Shown in pieces: positions 1-7,367 of a stretch of 16,377 nucleotides of DNA. Source of the DNA: Armatimonadota bacterium (GTDB taxonomy: Bacteria; Armatimonadota; Hebobacteria; CAIYQO01); the NCBI GenBank assembly GCA_038248345.1, contig JBBRXO010000064.1, forward strand, positions 1 to 16,377, written 5' to 3'. How positions within the stretch are numbered: the first letter of the stretch is position 1; each line of letters starts with the position of its first letter. Made by a program: the position numbers and the translations under genes. The notes under the pieces were generated by a model. That model was not told where the DNA came from, made no database searches, and saw only the letters and a list, made by a program, of their open reading frames with translations.

Positions 1-14
1 GGGCAAATCAGTCA

Positions 15-395
15 ATAGTAGCCATTCTAACGGCTCAATTCCTGCAGCTGGTGCCTCTTCACGCACCATTACGGCGTGTACGGTTACTTCAGGCAGTTTT
101 TTGCCCTTCCTATATGGCGCACGCAAGGTTATTTCCGCAGAGCGGGCGGTGAGTTCCACGCGACGCCCGGGGCGTCCACCTCTGGCGGGTATATCAATGA
201 TAGATGGCATGAAGTGGACAGTCCCAACCGGGTACTATCAACGAAAACAGGAGCAACTATGGAGGGCCGGACTATTGAATAAGCCGGATGCGGTACGCGA
301 GGACAGTCCCCGACTGTCCGGTGGGTTAGCATAGCGCCACACCAATGGCGTACCAGTACGACAATAGAGTGACGCCACAACTGTAGTTACTTCCT
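15..395 (+). ncRNA. Compact OLE-like RNA (OLE RNA homolog apparently lacking the central and most 3' domains); ends approximate
   Basis: Collinear motifs resembling the OLE consensus as I recall it: GCTGGT 47-52, CTTCA..CACCATT 57-70, CCTTCCTATATGG 105-117, AAGGTTA 125-131, GGGGCGTCCAC 169-179, ATGAAG..CAGTCC 209-224, GAATAAGCCGGATGCGGTACGCGAGGAC 277-304, TAGCATAGC 327-335, TGGC..ACCAGT 346-357, GCCACAAC 374-381. Visible long-range pairings: 47-54/350-357, ~54-69/204-217, 17-22/386-391. No credible ORF covers the region. Confidence 0.7.
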
Positions 396-413
396 ATAAT
401 GGAGGAACATGTC

Positions 414-458
414 ATGATATTACCGCAAAACCGAGGTGGACTCGGGAGGATTAAATGA
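414..458 (+). promoter_or_regulatory. Putative 14-codon leader uORF (MILPQNRGGLGRIK) overlapping the ATPase start
   Basis: GGAGGA at 401-406 lies 7 nt before ATG 414. Its stop TGA 456-458 overlaps ATPase ATG 455 (ATGA). Hairpin CCGAG-GTGGA-CTCGG 431-445 abuts the ATPase SD at 444-450. Confidence 0.4.
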
Positions 459-3022
459 AAGATCAAGCTCAAGGTTGCGCGACGGACACGTTGAAGGGAC
501 TCACCTCGGCGGAGGCGGCCGATCGTTTGTTGCGCGATGGGCCGAATGAACTGCCCTCGGCAAAGCCACGCACGATATTCCAAATCGCCTTCGAGGTGAT
601 ACGCGAGCCGATGTTCCTGCTCTTGCTGGGCGGTGGCGCTATCTATCTGATACTGGGAGACCTGCAGGAGGCATTATTGCTGCTGGCGTTCGTCTTCGTC
701 ATCATCGGTATCACGCTATACCAGGAACGCAAGACCGAGAACGCGTTGCAGGCACTGAAAGACCTATCCAGCCCGCGTGCCCGTGTTATTCGTGACGGGG
801 AGGCTACCTACATCCCCGGGCGTGAGGTAGTGCACGGGGATGCTGTACTGGTAGCGGAAGGTGATCGCATCCCCGCCGATGGGGCGGTGTGCGCATCCAC
901 CAATCTTTCGATTGACGAGTCGCTACTCACCGGTGAATCAGTACCGGTGCGCAAACGTCTGTGGGACGGCGTGACAGAAATGGGACGCCCGGGCGGGGAT
1001 GATGAGCCGTTCGTTTACTCCGGCACACTGGTGGTGCAGGGGCAAGCGACCATCGAAATTATGCGCACTGGCCTCCTCACCGAGATGGGCAAAATCGGCA
1101 AATCGCTATCGGAGTTGGAACCAGAGAAGACTAATCTGCAAAAACAAACCAACAAACTGGTGATGACGCTGGCCATTATCGGGCTAGCCTTGAGTATCAT
1201 CGTGGTGTTGATCTATGGATTCTTCCGCCATGATTGGCTACATGGCGTTCTCGCCGGTATCGCGCTGGCCATGGCCATCCTGCCGGAAGAGTTCCCGGTG
1301 GTGCTGACGATCTTCCTGGCATTGGGGGCCTGGCGCATCTCGCGCCGGCAGGTGCTGGCGCGCCGGATGCACGCAGTGGAGATCCTCGGCTCCGCCACTG
1401 TACTCTGCGTGGATAAAACTGGCACCCTTACGCTCAACCAGATGACGGTGGGCGAATTACGCGCGAATGATATAACGCTCCAGATCACCGCTGGAGAGCA
1501 GAAGGAATTGCCGGAAGCGTTGCATGAACTGGTGGAGTTCAGCATCCTCGCCAGCCAGCGCGACCCTTTTGATCCGATGGAGAAGGCGTTCCATCGTTTC
1601 GGGAATGAATATCTGGCCGCTACCGAACATCTGCACAATGATTGGGTAATCGAGCACTCCTACCCATTGTCGCAGGAACTCCTGACCATGTCGCAAGTAT
1701 GGCGCTCTAATCGGCGCAAAAACTACGTCATCGCCGCCAAAGGCGCGCCGGAGGCAATAGCCGATCTCTGTCACTTCGATAAGGAACAGCTGGATGCACT
1801 GACGGTGAGCATCAACGAAATGGCGGAGCAGGGCCTGCGCGTGCTGGGGGTAGCGTGTGCCAATATCCCGGAGGGCGAGCAACTGCCGGAGGGGCAGCAT
1901 GATTTCGACTTCAACTTCCTCGGCCTGGTTGGCCTCATTGATCCAGTGCGCCCCTCAGTGCCCGCGGCGATAGCGGAATGTGAGACTGCCGGTATCCGCG
2001 TGGTGATGATCACCGGTGACTACCCCGCCACCGCACGCACCATAGCCCGGCAGATCGGGCTGTTGTCGCCCGATAATTTCATGACCGGCGAGGAATTGAT
2101 GCACACCGACGATGCGGTACTGGCGGAGCGAGTGAAGACGGTGAATGTCTTCGCCCGGGTGGTGCCCGAGCAAAAACTGCGTCTGGTGCAGGCGCTGCAG
2201 GCGACTGGAGAAGTGGTGGCCATGACGGGCGACGGCGTCAACGATGCGCCGGCGCTGAAAGCAGCGGACATCGGCGTAGCAATGGGCGGGCGCGGCACCG
2301 ATGTGGCGCGGGAAGCCGCCGGGCTGGTGCTACTGGAAGATGATTTCTCCTCTATAGTGGCGGCGGTACGGCTAGGACGCCGCATCTACGACAACCTGCG
2401 CAAAGCGATGGCCTACATCTTCAGTATCCACGTGCCCATCGCCGGACTGTCGCTGATCCCGGTGGCGCTGGGGTGGCCGTTATTGCTGCTCCCTATCCAT
2501 ATCGTGCTGATGGAGTTAATCATCGACCCCGCTTGCTCCACGGTTTTCGAAGCGGAGCAGGAAGAGAAGAATGTCATGCAACGCCCCCCGCGTAACCCGC
2601 ATGAGTCGGTTTTCGACCGCCGCACATTGATCGTAAGCCTGGTGCAGGGTAGCGTAGTGTTGTTGGTCTGTCTGGGTCTTTTCGTAATAGCGCAACAGTG
2701 GGAACTCGGTGAAAAGACCGCACGCACGATGGCGTTCGTCACCTTGATAATCGCCAACCTGATGCTCATCCTCACCAATGTCAGCTGGACACGTAGTCTG
2801 CTGGCGACATTACGTTCCTACAATAGCGCTATGTGCTGGGTAGTCGGCAGCGCTGTAGCGTTAATGCTCGCTTTGCTGATGATCCCTCAACTGGCCAATC
2901 TGTTCCAGTTCGCGCATTTCAATATCGGCCAGGCCGGGATATGCCTGGGGGCCGGCATCGGCAGTGTTATCTGGTTTGAATTCGTCAAATTGTACTGGTC
3001 GCGGCGCAATATAGTTGTGTAG
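455..3022 (+). CDS. Cation-translocating P-type ATPase (P2-like), 855 aa
   Basis: TGES actuator motif, DKTGT phosphorylation site, KGAPE, MITGD, GDGVNDAPAL and multiple TM segments. SD GGGAGGA at 444-450. Confidence 0.96.
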   Translation: MKDQAQGCATDTLKGLTSAEAADRLLRDGPNELPSAKPRTIFQIAFEVIREPMFLLLLGGGAIYLILGDLQEALLLLAFVFVIIGITLYQERKTENALQALKDLSSPRARVIRDGEATYIPGREVVHGDAVLVAEGDRIPADGAVCASTNLSIDESLLTGESVPVRKRLWDGVTEMGRPGGDDEPFVYSGTLVVQGQATIEIMRTGLLTEMGKIGKSLSELEPEKTNLQKQTNKLVMTLAIIGLALSIIVVLIYGFFRHDWLHGVLAGIALAMAILPEEFPVVLTIFLALGAWRISRRQVLARRMHAVEILGSATVLCVDKTGTLTLNQMTVGELRANDITLQITAGEQKELPEALHELVEFSILASQRDPFDPMEKAFHRFGNEYLAATEHLHNDWVIEHSYPLSQELLTMSQVWRSNRRKNYVIAAKGAPEAIADLCHFDKEQLDALTVSINEMAEQGLRVLGVACANIPEGEQLPEGQHDFDFNFLGLVGLIDPVRPSVPAAIAECETAGIRVVMITGDYPATARTIARQIGLLSPDNFMTGEELMHTDDAVLAERVKTVNVFARVVPEQKLRLVQALQATGEVVAMTGDGVNDAPALKAADIGVAMGGRGTDVAREAAGLVLLEDDFSSIVAAVRLGRRIYDNLRKAMAYIFSIHVPIAGLSLIPVALGWPLLLLPIHIVLMELIIDPACSTVFEAEQEEKNVMQRPPRNPHESVFDRRTLIVSLVQGSVVLLVCLGLFVIAQQWELGEKTARTMAFVTLIIANLMLILTNVSWTRSLLATLRSYNSAMCWVVGSAVALMLALLMIPQLANLFQFAHFNIGQAGICLGAGIGSVIWFEFVKLYWSRRNIVV

Positions 3023-3038
3023 TCATATAAAAGCGCCA

Positions 3039-3180
3039 CCCCGGCATAAATACCGGGGCTATCGTCATACGCCCCATGAATGGGGCTTTTTGCTTATTAT
3101 GCAAAAACCACAGATATTCATTCTCCCGAAAAGCCGGATTTATCCGGCGCATGGCAATAGCCCCGTTCTTTAGGGCGGGG
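3039..3180. repeat. REPIN-like composite inverted repeat; may also act as the ATPase terminator
   Basis: 49-bp arms 3039-3087 and 3132-3180 are inverted copies (37/49 identical by hand count). Each arm has two short palindromes. The hairpin at 3071-3086 is followed by a T run. Confidence 0.75.
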
Positions 3181-3349
3181 AGCAAGCTTGATTAATTATA
3201 CCATCATTTTTCCCAACACGGGTGTTGTATTAGTCTGCGGTTCGGGAGCTGATATCGTTCCCTGTCTTTTTAGCAGGTTCAGGGTGAAAAATAGTTATGA
3301 TGGCTAATTATTGCGGAAAAATGCGGGAGTTGGCAGACCCGCCAGGTAC

Positions 3350-3736
3350 TCATCTATTTCTTTGCCATACCATCCTACCTTCTGTCCTATCCTTGTGTAT
3401 CTCTCTGAATTGTGTGAATCTAAATGATAGCACAGAATGTTTTTTTGCGTTTGGAATTCTTTGCATTACAACAGCGACATTGCAATACTTCATTCTTCCT
3501 TCAACCTCAATAGATCGATAAAATATTGCAACCTCAGGATCAGATTTATCTTTATGAACTTCATCAGGATCAAGCACGACTGATGACAAACAGTGTTCAA
3601 TCGAAGCAATGTCCGGATGCTTCTCCAGAAAGTGAATGCGTTGTGGTTCGGTAAGCGCAACCTCGGTGTTATTGATTATAAGTAACGCCCAATGAGCAAC
3701 GCGATCTCCACGTGTATATGACCTATAGAAGTAAAT
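3350..3736 (-). pseudogene. PBECR2-like (Barnase/EndoU/colicin D/RelE fold) nuclease ORF or remnant; start unclear
   Basis: The frame stays open upstream of the called TTG (3589) to a stop at 3737-3739. It reads VALTEPQRIHFLEKHPDIASIEHCLSSVVLDPDEVHKDKSDPEVAIFYR, matching the typical LT..R.H...HP....V..PD pattern. No in-frame ATG/GTG/TTG upstream of that motif. Confidence 0.55.
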
Positions 3737-3930
3737 TTATGAGGCAAAGGACAACACCATCTGATGTATTATATCTGATATTGTGTCCGAGTATATATAC
3801 CACCTCTTTGTTTTGGATTTTGATTTTCACAACCGCTAACCATACCTTAGCTGGGAATAATGATGATAACGCCGAATTTTGGGTATACTTCGTTGCCACG
3901 CAGTATAATGATACGGATTTATAACTAATT

Positions 3931-4026
3931 ATGCAGTTCTCACACACGCGAAAAATTGAGTGGTGGTTGCGCACGGTGGATATTGCGCTGGTGGCGATCC
4001 TGTGGGGCACTGAAGAAGTAATATAA
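3931..4026 (+). pseudogene. Truncated duplicate of the sugar transferase 5' end (MQFSHTRKIEWWLRTVDIALVAILWGTEEVI*)
   Basis: 3931-4005 vs 6002-6076: 61/75 nt and 20/25 aa identical; diverges after codon 25 and stops at TAA 4024-4026. Confidence 0.9.
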
Positions 4027-4035
4027 TGGTATAAT
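4027..4035 (+). promoter_or_regulatory. Putative extended -10 promoter for the ABC-ATPase/DUF4276 pair
   Basis: TG-G-TATAAT about 30 nt upstream of GGAGGG-aatt-ATG (4067); a second TATAAT at 4022-4027. Confidence 0.45.
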
Positions 4036-4066
4036 AAAGTATTTGTACGTACTCTCGGAGGGAATT

Positions 4067-5358
4067 ATGGCAAAAATTGAGGGATTTAGAATTCGTAACT
4101 TCCGCGTGTTAAATGATGTCAAATTAGGACGATTATGGAATAAACAACAATCTGACCCGTTAACAGCGATGACAGTAGTGATTGGAAAAAATGGCGCGGG
4201 CAAGAGTACCCTTTTCGATTCATTCGGTTTTTTGGCGGATTGTTTGAAAAGTGGTGTCGAAGAAGCTTGCGACGCGCGTGGTAGAGGTGGTTTTGACCGA
4301 ATTCGCTCGCAAGGGCAAACAGGACCGATTGAATTTGAAATATATTACAAAGAAGATGGCAACGCTCGGCCTATTACCTATGAATTATCTATTAATATGG
4401 AGAAGACAGGGCGTCCCTATGTAGAGAAAGAACGTCTCCGACAAAGAAGGATAAATCAAAAAAGAGGGTGGCCCTTTTCATTTCTTATGCTTAATGATGG
4501 GAAAGGTATTGTGTGGAAAGGCGCTGCTGCTGGTCATCAGATAGATGAAAATGATGACTTTGACTTGGATGGCTTGCTCGACAGAATCCTCTCCGAGAAA
4601 GATTCGGAGGAGAGCAAAGAGACCGAGGTAGTGGAGCTAGCGGACAAGCGCAAACTTGGCATAGCAACGCTGGGTTCATTAAAACAGCATCCCAGGATAT
4701 CAGCTTTTCACCAGTTTATTGAGGGATGGTATTTGAGCTACTTTTCTCCCAACGCGGCACGGGCATTACCGTTGGCGGGGCCACAATCGCACCTCAATCT
4801 ATCTGGCGAAAATCTCGGCAATGTAGTGCAGTTTATGGAACGGCAACATCCGGTGAGTTTCAAAAAAATCCTGAAGGGGAATTTCACAGAAAATTCCCGG
4901 TATTGATAAGATCGACACCGAGAAAACTGCCGACGGGCGATTGCTGCTCCGTTTCAATGATAGAGGTTTTACCGACCCGTTTTATGCCCAGCAGATGTCC
5001 GATGGAACATTGAAGGTTTTCGCCTATCTACTGTTGTTGGCCGATCCTACTTCGCCCCCATTCATTTGTATTGAAGAGCCAGAGAATGGGTTGTACCACA
5101 AGTTATTGGAGACGCTGGCAGCCGAATTTAGAGCACATGCGGATGGGCAGAAGAATAGTTCGCAGGTATTCATTACTACTCATCTGCCCTATTTTGTAGA
5201 CGCACTAGCGCCTATAGAGGTTTGGGTCATCGAAAAAGGAGCTGATGGCTTCGCCAAAAATCCAGCGGGCAAGCGATATTCCGCTCGTGCAAAACCTGGT
5301 CGATGAAGGTTTGCCATTGGGTGGTCTCTGGTATAGCGACTATATGGATGCGAGGTAG
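4067..5358 (+). pseudogene. ABC-type (AAA_15/AAA_21-like) ATPase with two frameshifts
   Basis: Walker A GKNGAGKST, signature MSDGT, Walker B IEEPENGL, H-switch TTH. +1 shifts at the G run 4876-4879 (continues ISQKIPGIDKIDTEK) and the A run 5256-5260 (continues IQRASDIPLVQNLVDEGLPLGGLWYSDYMDAR*). Confidence 0.88.
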
Positions 5359-5362
5359 CAGG

Positions 5363-5965
5363 ATGCATTTCGAATTTCTTATTGAAGATCAGTCGGGGAA
5401 ACGCACGCTGGAAATCGTAATCCCCAAAATAATCGGAGATGCCCACACGTTCACCATTCACTCTTACAAAGGGATCGGCCACCTCCCCCAAGGTATGAAC
5501 AAAGGCGGATATCCAAGCAAGCGTATCCTGCTCGACCAACTGCCCAGGTTGCTCCGCGGGTATGGTAAGTCATATGCCAGTATCCCGCATGCGGTGATTG
5601 TAGTCTGCGATCTGGATGATAAGTGCCTGAAGTTATTCCGGGAAGAACTTTTCGGGCTACTGTATTCCTGTGACCCCAGCCCAACACAAGATTCTGCATC
5701 GCTATTGAAGAGGGAGAGGCCTGGTTACTGGGTGATCTAGCGGCGATAAAACAGGCATATCCAAATGCCAAAGAAGCGCTGTTGAAGAAATATGAAAATG
5801 ATGCTATTTGCGGAACCTGGGAGAAGCTGGCCGATGTGGTGACTACTGAGGGTGCAAAAAAACTGGCTGAATTATGAGGGCATTACGATCGAAAATAACA
5901 ACTCACCCAGTTTCTGCTATCTCCGTGATAAGCTGCGGGAATTAGCCAGCGTCTCTCCCGGTTGA
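5363..5965 (+). pseudogene. DUF4276-like (TOPRIM-related) putative nuclease, disrupted
   Basis: Starts 4 nt after the ATPase stop: MHFEFLIED..S, VVCDLD. Frameshift near 5680-5690 before FCIAIEEGEAWLLGD; stop at 5875-5877; C-terminal SPSFCYLRDKLRELA ends at TGA 5963-5965. Confidence 0.8.
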
Positions 5966-6001
5966 CAACCCACCCAATTTCCCACAAACTAGTAGCTAAC
6001 G

Positions 6002-7312
6002 ATGCTATTCTCACATACACGCAAAATTGAATGGTGGTTGCGGGCGACGGATATTGCGTTGGTGGTGCTCCTCTGGGTAGTCGCCTTCAGCTTTCCGCGT
6101 GAGGCGTTGATGCGCGTGTTGGGGTACACCGCCGTCACGTGGCTATGCTTCATCATTGTGGTAGGAGGGCAGAACGCTCGCTACCTGCACCCTATATGGC
6201 GTATCTTTGTCTCCATGGGGCTGTCATTGGTCTTTACGGCGGCGGCGATATTGATCTGGGTCTACTCCGGCCATGACTGGTTCCTGCCGAACTCGATACT
6301 TTCATTAGAGATTATCGCGGTGGCGGGCACACTGTCACGTTTCATCATCGCGGTCATCTTCAAACGGCCTGCTATTCAGCTTATTCCGTGTCGGTTGCCG
6401 CAGGAGTTCCAACCACTGCTGCAGGAGATCGCCCTCAACCCGCAGGTGTGCCTTGAAGATCTGCTGCAAAGCGCTGACGACCCGCTGCCGCCGCGCCGCC
6501 GCGGCTACCCTATCTACCTGGGGGTTAGCGATTTACGCCTCTCGCAGCAGAAATATGATGCGCTGGCGCACCTGTTCGCGCACGTGGAGCTGGTGGATAT
6601 CTGTGACCTGTATGAGAGTATCACCAGCAAAGTCGCCATTGTCCAATCGGCAGACGGCTGGCATATGCCGAAGACGCTGCGCGTGCCCTCACCGATTCGC
6701 GATATGCTGAAACGACTGGGCGACATCTTCGCCGTCGTCGTCTCCGCGCCGCTGACATTACCTGTAGTGGGGCTGGCGGCGCTGGCGATTAAGATTACCT
6801 CGCCCGGTCCGGTCTTCTTCCGCCAGGCGCGCGTGGGACGCTATGGTATCCCCTTTGAGATTATTAAATTACGCACTATGGACAGGCGGGCGGAGGTGTC
6901 CGGGCGCAAGTGGGCGGGCTCCAGCGATCCGCGTATCACGCCGCTGGGACGTTTCCTGCGCTTCACCGCTATCGATGAGCTGCCGCAATTGTGGAATGTC
7001 TTGTGCGGCGAGATGAGCTTGATCGGCCCGCGCCCCGAGGTGCCGGAGCTGGTGGCGCAACTGGAGCAACAGGTACCCTTCTACAGCGCGCGCCTGCTGG
7101 CCTTGCCCGGGTTATCCGGCTGGGCACAGCTACACCAGGGGGGCGACGCCAACATCGAGGATGTGGCGCACAAAGTGCGTTACGACCTGTTCTACCTGCA
7201 ATATATGAATTTCCTCTTCGATTGCCGCATCTTCTTTGCGACTATCCAGATGCTGCTGCACCTGGCCAAGCCCCGCGTGCGCGGCGCAGCGCCTGCTACC
7301 CCCAAAGAATAA
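6002..7312 (+). CDS. Sugar transferase (WbaP/WcaJ-like polyprenyl-phosphate phosphoglycosyl transferase)
   Basis: About 4 N-terminal TM segments; C-terminal KR..DI, GPVFFRQARVG, KLRTM, DPRIT, DELPQLWNV, MSLIGPRPE, PGLSGWAQ. Confidence 0.93.
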   Translation: MLFSHTRKIEWWLRATDIALVVLLWVVAFSFPREALMRVLGYTAVTWLCFIIVVGGQNARYLHPIWRIFVSMGLSLVFTAAAILIWVYSGHDWFLPNSILSLEIIAVAGTLSRFIIAVIFKRPAIQLIPCRLPQEFQPLLQEIALNPQVCLEDLLQSADDPLPPRRRGYPIYLGVSDLRLSQQKYDALAHLFAHVELVDICDLYESITSKVAIVQSADGWHMPKTLRVPSPIRDMLKRLGDIFAVVVSAPLTLPVVGLAALAIKITSPGPVFFRQARVGRYGIPFEIIKLRTMDRRAEVSGRKWAGSSDPRITPLGRFLRFTAIDELPQLWNVLCGEMSLIGPRPEVPELVAQLEQQVPFYSARLLALPGLSGWAQLHQGGDANIEDVAHKVRYDLFYLQYMNFLFDCRIFFATIQMLLHLAKPRVRGAAPATPKE

Positions 7313-7347
7313 CGTCCCTCTTCTCCATGTGAAAAGAGGGACGTTAT
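7309..7347. terminator. Hairpin between convergent genes, probable bidirectional terminator
   Basis: Perfect 14-bp stem ATAACGTCCCTCTT / AAGAGGGACGTTAT with an 11-nt loop; no long U tract. Confidence 0.65.
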
Positions 7348-7367
7348 GTCGCAGTCTTATCTATTGG

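Noticed and set aside
1..80. M-box (TGCAGCTGG) or c-di-GMP-I (GGGCAAA) riboswitch upstream of a cation ATPase
   Set aside because: The other conserved elements (GCTAAAGCT end; GAAA loop and GACGCAAAGC) are absent.
48..221. 6S RNA-like long hairpin (ATGGCGCACGC, GGGCGTCCACC..GCGGGT)
   Set aside because: Only partial resemblance, and conserved-looking motifs continue to ~390, which fits OLE better. A cmscan would settle it.
281..322. Group II intron domain V look-alike (AGCCGGATGCGG...AC.GTCCGGT)
   Set aside because: No GNRA loop, poor basal pairing, no domain VI or RT ORF; better explained as the OLE TAAGCC motif.
76..583. Short ORFs 76-282, 101-334, 129-380, 326-583
   Set aside because: No RBS or recognisable motifs; they overlap the structured RNA region.
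3712..4203. ORFs 3712-3924(+), 3723-4010(-), 3940-4203(-)
   Set aside because: No recognisable domains; mutually overlapping and partly antisense to the duplicated gene start or the ATPase.
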